From NCBI GenBank assembly GCA_053919585.1, contig CM132791.1: a stretch of 64,000 bases of DNA, one strand, 5' to 3'. The DNA comes from Euprymna scolopes (Eukaryota). Position 1 is the first letter of the stretch; the number at the start of each line of letters is the position of its first letter. A program made the position numbers and the translations under genes. Positions 1 through 12,300 of this stretch are shown here, in pieces. The notes beneath the pieces were generated by a model. That model was not told the origin of the DNA, did no database searches, and saw nothing but the letters and a program-made list of their open reading frames with translations.

Positions 1-59
1 TAAAATGTTTAGACCAAAAATTGGCTGAGTAATTTAGTAGAGTAATTTTTTAAAACTTT

Positions 60-420
60 GACTCCAATTTTGACCATTTGACATTCATTGTTTTAGGCTC
101 AAATTGAATTTAAAAAAAATGATCCATGTTCAAATAACCTACATCTAAAATTTCAAGTGCTTAGACCCAAAATTAGCGGAGGAGTTTTGTAGTTTTCAAA
201 GGTCAAATCGTCGAAACCATGAAAATAAAGAATTAATTTATGGAAGTTTGTTTTTCAAAATAATATGCAAATTAGTTAATCTTTATAAAGTCGCTCGCAT
301 ATCCATGACTGAGTATATCATAAATGCGTTTTAAAATATTTTAAATAGAAAGGTAGGTTTTTAATATCAATGCCGGTGCAACAAAGATCAACTCTATATA
401 TGCATACATATATATATGCA
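60..420 (+). repeat. Dispersed non-autonomous repeat (DINE/Helentron-like, unclassified), copy 1
   Basis: The block TAATATGCAAATTAGTTAA...TATCCATGACTGAGTATAT...AGAAAGGTAGG (about 260-360) recurs directly at about 62570-62670 and as a diverged reverse complement at about 1530-1700. AAATTTCAAGTGCTTAGACCCAAAATTAGCGGAGGAGTTT (about 148-187) recurs inverted at about 1883-1924. Class assignment is inference. Confidence 0.5.
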
Positions 421-936
421 CAGGGTACAAAAATATAAGGGCGGTAGTTCAATTGCTGAGTGATGCCTACAAAACACATGGATTGTCTTTTATGCTTAGT
501 CAAAACTCAGCACAAATCGGATCGATAATAATGGCTGGAGAGATGAGGATGGCAGTGGGGGCGTTTGAGAGAAAGGAAACTGAGATATTGTTTCAGAAGG
601 AAATAGGTGAATGGGAGAGATTAGATGGGGCGGAGAACAGGGGGTGTGGGAGCGAAAGGGGGGCACGTTTTTGTTCCCTTTTATTATCACATTATTTTTT
701 GTAAAGATTTTGTCTAAATTTTGTCGTGATTTTAATTTTTCGCAGCCAATCATGGCGTCGAATGGAATACAATTACCCGGTACGCGTTTAAGGCGACAAG
801 TTTAACATCTTGTACAGAAAAGCGGAGTTAGAGATAGAAAGAGTGAAGACGAACAAAAACAATACAATAACAAAAAAAACAACAGTAACATTAACAAGAA
901 CAAATAAAAAAGAAAAGGTCGATTGTATATTATCAG

Positions 937-937
<1 letters not shown>

Positions 938-1005
<68 letters not shown>
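938..1005. repeat. (TTA)n microsatellite
   Basis: Uninterrupted TTA run, directly visible. Confidence 0.97.
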
Positions 1006-1529
1006 GAAAACTTTATTTTGGAAGTTAAAGGTGTGTCGTCGAAATTCATAAGTAACGTTAGTTTGAAAAAAAAATCAGTATCAGCAAAATACTACTACTA
1101 CTACTACTAATAATAATAATAATATATACATGTGTATGTATGTGTGTGTTTGTATGTGTCATATGATAAATAGTTAGACGAATGTTGTCGATGAAAGTAA
1201 ATTAATCCAGTTAGTAAAATTTGGCTTGTTAAACAAGCCAAATTGCTCATTCGTCTAACTAATTATTTTCGTCTTAAACTTTCGTAATTGATATTTATTC
1301 TCTGGATCCAATGCCTTCATCCTCCTTCCACTAAAAACTGTCAACACCTAAGCAAACATCACATGACTTACTTATTATATATAAGAGGGAAAAATTAACA
1401 TTAAACAGAAACATATATGATATCTCGAAGTTTTTCATTTAATTCCCACCCCCCGATAGCAAATTTTTGACAAAGTATTTGCTGCATGTACAAACTTTAT
1501 TCGTCAATTGGTAAGTTAAACCTATACTC

Positions 1530-2040
1530 CTATAAATCTGTTCTTTTTTGTGTGTATTGATATTTATATTAAAAACCTTTTTTTCTACTTATTTAAAAAG
1601 AAAATTCAACTTTATTATATATGGATCGTAGAATTGTATTCATCTTCAAAAGATCTAGTTAATTTGCATATTTTTAAAAAACATTCATTTTAATTAATTC
1701 CCTATTAGTTTTCTCATATGTTGATTATCTTTAATAAACTGTTACATGTAATTATATTTATGCAGATATTTTACGTGATTTATACTTGCGTAATATTTGC
1801 GTAAAAAGTTTATAGTAAACACAAACCTCTTTCTACATATTTTTATGCATGTGTATATATATTTGCTTAAAAAGGTTTGCATACCAAACTCCTCTGTCAG
1901 TTTTGGTCTACAGTCATGAAACTTAACATACGGGGTATTTGGACCCATGCGAAACTTTATCTTTAGGTTTAAGCCGGGGAAAATCGGTGCAAAAGTGTAA
2001 AAATTAAAAAAAATGAAATTTGTTAGGGGAAGGTCGATCG
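1530..2040 (-). repeat. Inverted copy of the 60-420 dispersed repeat
   Basis: CTAGTTAATTTGCATATTTTT (about 1655) and CCAAACTCCTCTGTCAGTTTTGGTCTA...TGAAACTT (about 1883) are diverged reverse complements of motifs in 60-420. Confidence 0.5.
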
Positions 2041-2129
2041 ACGACATTACAAATATGCATACGTTCATTCATATAGAGACAATTTTCATGGTTCATATTT
2101 TACTTTTTTAGCGTTTCAGCAATCATGTC

Positions 2130-2348
2130 TGCATAGCTCAGGCATTAACGTCAAAGGAAAAAGTAAATCGTAAGCTAAACGTGTTGGTTTCGATTCTCGG
2201 TGGTGACGCACGAGTTATTTTTTCTTTTAAACTTTGAAAATCATTACTATATATTGGGTACAATATATAGTAATAAATACGAACTCTGCATTAATCAAAA
2301 TATATTTAAGCGTGTTCTACGATCGGGCAATGCCGGGTGGCCTGCTAG
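2130..2348 (+). mobile_element. Non-autonomous Helitron-type 3' end with an upstream tRNA-derived (Pol III A/B box-like) segment
   Basis: TAGCTCAGG (A-box-like, about 2135) and GGTTTCGATTCTC (B-box-like, about 2187). GC hairpin CGGGCAATGCCGGG (2324-2337) followed by CTAG|T (2345-2349), the canonical Helitron 3' terminus. 5' end not located. Confidence 0.55.
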
Positions 2349-2356
2349 TAAGAATA

Positions 2357-3755
2357 TAAATCGATATTATCTAATAACAAAAAATAAATCGATACTATCG
2401 AACAACAAAAAATAAATCGATACTATCTAACAGCAAAAAAAAATCGATATTATCTAACAGCAAAAAATAAATCGATACTATCTAACAACAATAAATAAAT
2501 CGATACTTTCTAACAACAAAAAATAAACCGATATTATCATACAACAAAAAATAAATCGATCCTATCTAACAACAAAAACTAAATCGATACTATCTAACAA
2601 CAAAAAATAAATCGATACTATCGAACAACAAAAAATAAATCGATATTATCTAACAACAAAAAATAAATCGATATTATCTAACAACAAAAAATAAATCGAT
2701 ATCATCTAACAACAAAAAATAAATCGATATTATCTAACAACAAAAAATAAATCGATACTATCTAACAACAAAAAATTAATCGATATTATCTAACAACAAA
2801 ACAATTAATCGATATTATCTAACAACAAAAAATACATCGATATCATCTAACAACAAAAAATAAATCGATACTATCTAACAACAAAAAATTAATCGATATT
2901 ATCTAACAACAAAAAATAAATCGATACTATCTAACAACAAAAAATTAATCGATATTATCTAACAACAAAAAATAAATCGATAATATCTAACAACAAAAAA
3001 AATCGATACTATCTAACAACAAAAAATTAATCGATATTATCTAACAACAAAAAATAAATCGATATTATCTAACAACAAAAAATAAATCGATATTATCTAA
3101 CAACAAAAAATAAATCGATACTATCTAACAACAGAAACTAAATCGATATTATCTAACAACAAAAAATAAATCGATATTATCTAACAACAAAAAATAAATC
3201 GATATTATCTAACAACAAAAAATAAATCGATGTTATCTAACAGCAAAAACTAAATCGATATTATCTAACAACAAAAAATAAATCGATATTATCTAACAAC
3301 AAAAAATAAATCGATAGTATCTAACAACAAAAAATAAATCGATATTATCTAACAACAAAAAATTAATCGATACTATCTAACAACAAAAAATGTATCGATA
3401 TTATCTAACAACAAAAAATAAATCGATATTATCTAACAACAAAAAATAAATCGATACTATCTAACAACAAAAAATAAATCGATACTATCTTACAACAAAA
3501 AATAAATCGATACTATCTAACAACAAAAAATAAATCGATATTATCTAACAACAAAAAATAAATCGATACTATCTAACTACATAAATTAAATCCATACTAT
3601 CTAACAACAAAAAATTAATCGATATTATCTAACAACAAAAAATTAATCGATATTATCTAACAACAAAACATAAATCGATACTATCTTACAACAAAAAATA
3701 AATCGATACTATCTTACAACAAAAATAAATCGATACTATCTAACAACAAAAAATC
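2357..3755. repeat. 28-bp tandem repeat, about 50 copies (AAATCGATAYTATCTAACAACAAAAAAT)
   Basis: Period of 28 read directly (GATA starts at 3061, 3089, 3117). Units abut without spacers and nearly all carry ATCGAT. Confidence 0.97.
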
Positions 3756-5429
3756 AATTACAAATGAAACAAACTAATTTTCGATGCTCTGGAAACTCAT
3801 TTTAATGTGAACATAATTTTAATTTGTTCTCACGACATTTATAATGAAATTAAAGGTTGATATATTATTGCTGTTTACGTTAAAGCGATACTGTTACCAC
3901 TTAGAGAACTGAAAATACGTGAAATCATAAAAACAGGACCATGACATTTCTCTCTATATATAAATCTAATTATTAAAATTCAGTTTAATAGTTAAACAAC
4001 AAAGCCAAATCTTACATTTTTGTTCGTTTCGGGTGTCAAATCTGGAGGTAAGTAACACACTAAAGCGTTTAGAAGTCCCTAGTTATTATATTTGATACAG
4101 AATTAAAACGAAATCATAATAAATACCCTTTATTAGAAAAAAAGAAAACAACAGTTATAGCATTGAAGGAACCTTTTATGTAAGGCCACATATAAGGTAA
4201 TGGCATATAAGGCACAGCTAAGACATCCTATTGAATATTATTGTCAATTATAAGCAACAAACTCTGATATGGAAACTAAAAATTAGTTTGAATATAAAAA
4301 GCATTGCTAATTAAGTTTATAAAGAGAAATTGGAAAATTGTGTATCACAGAAATGGATGTAATTGCAACTTTTACGATTGTATGCAGAAAAATAACTACG
4401 ACGTTTCCAATACTTAGTAGAGGTCAAATACCTTAATGGGTCGTCCCATTAACGATTTGGATGTTTTTATTGAAAGAGTAATTATTAAGTGGAACAATTT
4501 GCGTGTTTCAAGAATTTAACAATGTATAGACAAATGCTGAGATTACAGTGTAACAATTGGATGTTATGTATATTATTAGTATCTTGGTAATCGGATATTT
4601 AAACAAATCTGAACTCGCTGGAGTGTAGAATGATGTGCTGAAAAAGGGAATTAATTTAAGCAATTACAAAGATATTTTTATTATTGATATTTTATATTAT
4701 TTTTGTTTGACAAAAGAAAATTGTTTTATTTTAAGTATAATTATTTATTATTATTTCTGTTTACAATAATTTATGCTCGTATTAGAGTTTTTTAAAGCAT
4801 TTTATAAATAATTAAAAGTAACATGTTTTGTTTTTTTTATTTTGAAGCAGTTTGGATTAGTATTATTTCAACAGAGTTTATTCTTTTACATTATATTCTT
4901 TACTTTATTGTATTTTTAAATATTCGTAGTTATTTGTTTGAACTGCATATTTCTCCTTTTTAATGTTTGGCATAAAGATAGATTGAACTGCTCATAAATA
5001 AATAAAATCCCGCGCCTCTTCTTGAAAGCATTCCAATATTGAGATGACTGACAATATGACATTTTTTACCGATTTTCATCCATGCATTAAAAATATAGGA
5101 ATATGAGATTTTGTACAAGTGAAATTGAATATATTAGTCTCCATTTCTATTCAAATGATATTGCCCCTTATATTTCTGTATTTATCTTTTTACTTACGTT
5201 TGCAATTTAATTTATTTTTATACGTCTTTTGCTTTTTCCTGTGTCCGTTTGTATTTCCATTTTAGTTTTTCTTGCTTAAAACGCTATGTACGCTAAAATG
5301 TGGCTTTACGTAGGGTTGTCCTATTCTGATGATGTTTCCGTGAGCCACATATCTATTTAAAAGCAAACAAAAAAGGAAAAACAAATAAAAAGGAGGAATT
5401 CTATTCACACAACTGAGTTGTTGCTATGC

Positions 5430-6260
5430 GTACTCAGATCGCATCGTCGCTTCTGATAGCAACCGGGAAAATAAGCGGCGGCGGTCACTCTGCTAGTGAC
5501 CATTCTATGATTGTTCTTCGCCTTCTTTTCTTGGCAGCAGTTTTTTTTTTAATATCGGTATTGTCTTGCCAACTCTGGAAATCCCCCCTGGAAGACACTG
5601 CTCTATGCATCACCAGACTCCCACCACCCTGCAATCACTCCGATGTCATCTACGCACCAACCATCACCGTTGTGGCAATGGCCCGGCGATAGGCGATCGG
5701 TGTCCGCACCGGCCCACAAGGAACACGAAAGAAACAAAGAATAAGGATGACAGACAGAGAAAAAAGTGTTCAAGCGAAAAAGATCAGGATTAAAAGTGCT
5801 ATCCTTGATATAACTGGACTCGGGGTTAGAGAGGAGAAAGACAAAAGAATACGATCCAACGGTAGGGGGCGAGGAGACATAATTGCTTGCTGACGTCATC
5901 CGTCGGTTAGTGGGCGGGGATGTCATGGTAAAAGATATTTTCAAGAAGAAGCAGTCTTCTGTTGATTGTATGCTATCTCCAAGCCAATAATTGCGACCAC
6001 AGATAATATCATTACATCCATCGCTCACTCTCTACTCCTTTTTTCATTCTCTGTCGCTCTAAATCTGTGAGATCGACCTTTTGTTTCTACTTTAAAACTC
6101 CCCTCCGTATTCCACATTTCCCTTTCCCTGCTAGAATTAGCTCACCTCACCTCCTGCCCCTCTTCTACACCATCTCACACACTATGGACATCGTCCTTAC
6201 CACTTACACAAAGAAACTCCCCATACTTAGTCTTATCCTCGCCTATTCCCCCGTATAACA
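5430..6260. mobile_element. Possible decayed fragments of an I/Nimb-group LINE
   Basis: GC-richer island. The translation EDTALCITRLPPPCNH loosely resembles the C-terminal RLR...PPxC region of RNase H-bearing LINEs. No catalytic motif seen. Confidence 0.2.
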
Positions 6261-6622
6261 ACCTTTCTCATTTCTTGCATTGTATTTATTCTCCTGCCCG
6301 CTTTTGTCCATCAAATACATGACACCGAGTATTCCTCGCTTTCTGCGAAATCCACTTCAACAAAAACACCATCGACGATGATAGATTGGCACTTTTCTTT
6401 CATGCACCATTCTTTTCCTCGACTTTTTCTTTATTTAAAATTCCTTTTCTTGGATCCGATTTTTATCCATCTTATTTTTTATGTTTTTGTCTATAGTTTA
6501 TCGATTTGTTGAGGACAAAGTAATTATGGAGTTTATCTATCATAGTGTCAGGTCACACGTGCCGTTCAATGCAAAGGCGTGCCTCTATTGGAGTTCAATT
6601 GAAGAGAGCAAAACAAACACAC

Positions 6623-6624
<2 letters not shown>

Positions 6625-6670
<46 letters not shown>
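6625..6670. repeat. (TA)n microsatellite
   Basis: Direct. Similar (TA)n/(CA)n runs occur at about 34118-34194, 35363-35440, 39849-39894, 42747-42791, 54263-54314, 54621-54680, 55483-55538, 58035-58108, 61848-61906, 62710-62795 and 63740-63808. Confidence 0.95.
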
Positions 6671-6673
<3 letters not shown>

Positions 6674-7341
6674 TATAATACCGTTTTCTGTGCAGACAAA
6701 ATAACTAGAGCTCATAGTTACATATGTAGTATGTCAAACCATAGCTAGTTTCTGCATTCATTCATCGTGTTATTTGCCGTGTTCTATCCCTGTCCACATA
6801 GTCTACATTCACTGTTTTTTTTTTTATTGTAACTTTGATGCAGCTAGTTGTAAGTGTGCTGTTCCTCGATTTGGTTTTAATTTTAAGTGATAAGTTTTAA
6901 TAGCGTTGTTAGTGATTCCCTTTCTTTATTTCACTATCCTTCTTGTAAACACGTGTAGATTTTTTCGTGAGTCACCTCTCTTGTAATTCTTAGGAATCGT
7001 CGAGTAGCAGTTTCTTTTCCCACTTTTCTTTTTACATTTTTTCTAATTTTTCTCTTCGTTGTATTCTTTGATTCGACTGTGTCTCTTGTTGCAGTTGTCT
7101 TTCTAATTTCTGACGGTGCACAGTTTCCATTCTGAATTCAATCCGGCGTGNNNNNNNNNNNNNNNNNNNNNNNNNNNNNNNNNNNNNNNNNNNNNNNNNN
7201 NNNNNNNNNNNNNNNNNNNNNNNNNNNNNNNNNNNNNNNNNNNNNNNNNNNNNNNNNNNNNNNNNNNNNNNNNNNNNNNNNNNNNNNNNNNNNNNNNNNN
7301 NNNNNNNNNNNNNNNNNNNNNNNNNNNNNNNNNNNNNNNNN

Positions 7342-7610
7342 AGCTTTCACACAGGTCATAAAGGATCTCTCTTTGAGAACGACCTGACGTGTTCCCTGGA
7401 AGTTGAGTGACCACAAGACACCCCAGATTTCCAGTACTCTCCACCTCTTTCGATAACATTTGCAAATGAATTTGCATTATCGTATTAGCCGCTTACCATT
7501 GATTTCTCACTAGTAGCAGCCATTGGTCTCCACTGAAATTTGAATGGCAATAAGCCCCCCTCCTTAGGTCCCTGTTCTCTTGGCACTTGTCCACCGGAGG
7601 TCTGGTCAGC
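7342..7610 (-). mobile_element. 3' end fragment of an R4/Dong-like non-LTR retrotransposon
   Basis: GAGTGACCACAAGACACCCCAGATTTCCAGTACTCTCCACCTCTTTCGATAA...CCGCTTACCATTGATTTCTCA...GGCAATAAGCC closely matches 13837-13980, the 3' region of the R4-like element at 13712-15816. Confidence 0.7.
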
Positions 7611-8479
7611 GGTCTCTCCTCGATCTTTTCATCCTACACGACCCTTCCGTTTGTCACGACTGATTAAAAGAACATTATTTATTTTTCAAAGATTTAAAAG
7701 TAGTGAAAGATAATAATAATTATTAACACACTCAACGAATTTCGCACTTCAAAACACAAAAGATGAAAATCAAAACATTTAAAATACGGATTTTCTAGCT
7801 TCAAATCTGATATGTGCACAACTGTTTATTTTGTATTATCGAGAATCTTCACCCTACCCAAAATACAATATATTTTGTTCAGTTTTGGCTGATCATTTTA
7901 AGCATATTCGTAACCACAAGTAAAGAAGGGGGTTTGTAGGCAAAAAAAAAAATGATAAAATAGTACACAGTTATAATTAATAATCGATGAAAATTTTGTA
8001 TTGATTGGATAATTACTTGATGTTTTGTAGATTTTTAAATAGAAACTCCGTCAAAAAATACTCACCCCCTCCTTCCGTTTTGGCCATATCCATGCAATTG
8101 CTTTTCAGTGTTTCAATCCTTTCAAATTTCTTCTAAATACATTTTCTGAGTATATACTATTATTTGTACCACAGTGTTCAGTAAAGGCCGGGATTAGTTT
8201 AAAGGATAATTCTAAGGCCATGTTTTCCAAGTAATATCTTATTTAAACCCACCTGTGAATTTTTATCTTGATCTCATTACTTGTGTTGGTTTCTGAACTA
8301 AAGGAGTTTTGTGGCATATCAATCTTCTATTTGATTCCAATTATCTTATTCATTTTCCAAGTTTTTTTTTTCGGAAAATGACTCCTACAATAATTAATAT
8401 TGCAATAGTTTTCCTCATATTCCAGATTGTCTTCTGTCTTGTGTTTACTCAAATCTACTGATCCCTTTAAATGCACCCT

Positions 8480-9370
8480 CTGATTTGATTGGACAATGAA
8501 ACGGAGTATTTGCAAGCTTTTTTTTTTGCACTTCTTGACTATTATCATATTCCAACATTCTTGTTTGAATTTATTTCTACATTTTGTGTTTCTATATCCC
8601 TTATCACATTTTTCGTTGTCCGGTACTTGCTTAAATTTATTGTAAGGAGTCTCCCGCTCAGCAATTGGCCCCAGACCTCATCGACACTGTTTGGTCGCGA
8701 TCGTCTATCTTCCGCCTTCACTAAATCAGTCATTCCAAACTTGCTTCCTTTAGCACTAGATCGCTGCATTCACTAAACACGGTCTGTTTATCGATACTTT
8801 TTTCATCAACTGAGTCTACATTTGCTGTTTTTGGGTCTTGTCTGTCTTCCATTTCATGTAGTTTGTTCTGAGTGCGTTGTTCTGTCATGATCCCGTTTAG
8901 GTGTTTATTTGCGTAGTTATGGCCATGTTTTATTTTTCATAAATTTGCTGACACTATTGCATTAATATTTGATGTAGTTGCTTATCTTCTCAATTTTTTT
9001 CTTTTTGTATCTCGTTTCCATACTTCCTGTATTGTTCATCTGAGGACTGCTTTTGTTTGCATTAATCAGCCTCTATATATTTTATATCTATATATTTTAT
9101 TTTCTGCATTTCTATAACCATTTGTATCAGCTACGCTTTACATTTAGCCGGTTACTACTATCCCCCGCGCGCATAGTCATTAGTTTCCTGATGTTTTTTT
9201 TTATAGAGGTAGTCGGGTTCTCCCTTCTCTCAGTTTTTAATTGTCAATGGAACCTGCTCATGTATTTATTCTTTTGAATCTAGCATATAAGTTTGTATCA
9301 AGGTATCTTGTGTGTTCTATTTTAATAATTTGCTTCCAGAGTTATCAAGTATTTATGGTTACCGCGTTCA
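8480..9370 (-). mobile_element. Degenerate R4/Dong-like non-LTR retrotransposon ORF fragment
   Basis: Minus-strand translations NIRKLMTM...SNRLNVKRS (about 9140-9200) and QNNALRTNYMK (about 8850-8885) parallel KTRKLMTM...DRFYVKRK and AQDNAIRTNHIK of the copy at 14255-15816. Many frameshifts and stops. Confidence 0.55.
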
Positions 9371-9390
9371 TCACTTTACAATTAAATTAA

Positions 9391-12300
9391 GGATCGTGTT
9401 GGGGGGGGGGGGCGAAATTGTTCGGGACCTTTCTGCCGCGTGTGATTTTTTGTTCTCTCTTGCCTTGTGAAGCCACAAGCAAAATTTTAGCCTTCGATCT
9501 CATACCTATCATTTGATGATGGTGGAGTGACTGATACGTTAGCTGAGTGGGGTAGAGCGCATCGAGTGCGTCATTCCGATGCGCTTATCAGGCGAGCGTA
9601 TTTTGTGTACCAGCAATTAACTGATAAAAAGGGCGCGGATTTTGATTGTGTAAAGAAAATGCTGTACACAGCCTTTTCTTTGGATTCGTTTGCTGCATGG
9701 AAGCAGTTTGAGCACGCCGTCTCCAACCAGGTGAATCGGTCGATGTATGTTTGGCAAAACTATGCAAGATCGCGGTCCTGTTTGGCAACGTATCAGATCA
9801 GTATCTGGAATATGCATTCATTGCTGGATTGCATGACCATGCGAAAAAAATATTACGAGCAGTTTCCCAGGTGGATAACATAGATTAGTCATACGTGATG
9901 CCGCTCGCTCGTGCTATTTTAAAGAATTGCGTATTTGTTCCAGAGCAAGCTGCAGTAACTCCACGGTCGACACAAAGCAAACTTAAGGAATCAGATATGT
10001 GTTATAATTGTAATAAACACAATCATAGGCAAGCGATTGTCTACTGAATAATTAGACAGTCAGAGGTACTGGTGTCAAGCCCCGAAAAAATATCACGTGT
10101 TATCACTGTCAACGACGTGGCCACATTGCTAGATTTTTTCCGGGGAACAAGCAGGGGGGATTGTGTCAATCTCATCCCCCAAACTGTTGTAAATGGCGAA
10201 TTGCTGGTTGTAACTGTTCACATCAATAGACTACGACGTACAGCGCTAGTGGATACTGGATGCACGCAGTCACTAGTCCGCAAGTCGTGTTGTAAGGAAT
10301 GGACGAGGAAAGTTACCCCTGTGCTTACAGCAGATGGAAGTATACTTAGCTGCTGTGGAATAGGAGGGGTGCAAGTTAACATTGGTGCAAAGTCAAGCAT
10401 TAACATAGAAGTCTCAGTTGGGCGTGGATATTTGCTTGGATCTTATTTGTTTCTTGGGTTGAATGCATTCAAGTAGCTGGGAGGAGTAGCTGTTTCTAGT
10501 GCCGGTAAGGTAACTTTTTTGCACCATTACCGAGCCTGATTTATCCAGAGTATACAAAAGAATATTCGGAAGTGCACCGCATCGTGGTAATGGGCTGCTG
10601 ACCAACGTCCAATTATGTTGAAAAATAGACTTGCAGAGTATCCAGCTCCAGCAGAAATTCGTGAGGAATATGATCGTTAATTGCAGATGTAGATCGATAA
10701 CAACTGGCTGTTGTCACATCTGGAAGATGAACTTCGACTCCCAAAAGGTCTAACCCCTCTCATGGCTCTTTACAGGAGAAAAAACAGAAAGTTTGGCCGA
10801 TTATGGATTATCGGGAGCTAAATGAGTACGTAGACGTATATACGACCGAGGCGGATGTTTGTGGCGACAGCAAGGACCAAATGTTGCAGTGCTAGATCTA
10901 CGCCAAGCCTATTTGCAAATATATGTTGACAAATATATTTCGTCGTTCCAAACAGGAGAGGTCAAAAGACATATTTTCTTAACCACCTCGGATTTCGGCT
11001 CAATGTTGCCTGTTTAATAATGCGGGCCATTTTTAATGCCGTCCTCAGCCAGGATGAGGTCATAAACCTATATTGACGACATTTGGGTGAATGAGTGTGT
11101 GTTCGGCAATCCGTGTAATGGAACATTTGGAGAAGTTTGGTCTTGCAAGGAAGACCCCAGATTAGCTGAGGCTGGGCTCGCCCGTGTTGGGATTACGTGT
11201 CAAGGAGAAGCAGGGGAAACTGTCATGTGTGGAAGTAACCTTCCAGTGGTTCCTGATAGACTTACCCGTCGAATTATATTTTCAGTGTGCGAGAAACTGA
11301 ATGGTCATTTCCTAGTGTGGGGCTGGTTACGTGCCGCCACGACGTTTGTAAAACAATGGGCTAATACTATGACAACTGTATGGGATGAAAAAGTTCGAGA
11401 CCCTCTTCTAGCACGGTTGATGGTAGACATGTGTTTGGCAGTAGGCCAGGACAATCGAGTAAAAGGTGACTGGTATATCTGGGAAGATGTTACAGTGTGG
11501 GTGGACACTAGTTCCATTGCCACAGGCGTTGTTGTGGAAAGCAATAGTTCCGTGGCGGAAGACGCAAGCTGGCTCCGACTGATGCATGAGGACAAGCATA
11601 TAAATTTAACTGAGATTGATGCTGCAAGGTGTCAACCATGCATTACAGGGGAAAATATAAACCATTCATTTACGGAGAGACTCTGCACTTCTATATCAGT
11701 GGATAACTGACACATGGTCCAGACAGATGAGAGTGCATACCAAAGCAGCTTCTGAAATCTTAATTAGGCGTCGCCTCTCTACACTTCAAATGTTGGGCTC
11801 GTTAAATCACACGATAACAGAGATGACAAATTTATTCGGATACCACAGCGATTGTTTATTAAATCTGTAAAAGAAACAATCCAGAGAAACTATGTACGCC
11901 ATAGGCACAGAACAAAATGTTTTTCAGGTATATACAACCCATCGGTCTAGCGAACATGTCGGTGTGAAAAGGACATTGTAGTTTGTAAAGTTAGTCAACC
12001 CATTAATAACTGATATAAAGCGCAGACGGCGGTTGGGGATTGCATAGAATGCCAATCCATAGATCCAGCGCCCGTGCATTGGAAGCCAAGTAGATTTGAA
12101 GGTTAAAAACTAAAGCAAGGTTCCTATGGATATAACTCATTTCGGGACTCAGTTGTACCTGATATTAATAGACTGTGGCCCTAACCGTTTTGCACAGTTG
12201 CACCGACAAGATTGCAAACATTGTCATTTGTTTGATCTCGAGACCAGGGAGGAGTGTGATGAACATGTACAGAAGTGCTCAAGAATTGTATGCCAATGTC

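Noticed and set aside
2130-2210. Functional tRNA gene (also 41180-41250 and about 42930-42980)
   Set aside because: Only A/B-box-like remnants; no convincing cloverleaf or acceptor stem.
2357-3755. CRISPR-like array (28-bp repeats); the same was considered for the 27-bp and 53-bp arrays
   Set aside because: Units are contiguous with no unique spacers, there are no cas-like ORFs, and the context is eukaryotic.
7103-7477. Long ORFs spanning N runs (also near 15660-16423, 37850-38189 and 39775-40204)
   Set aside because: Artefacts of assembly gaps translated as X.
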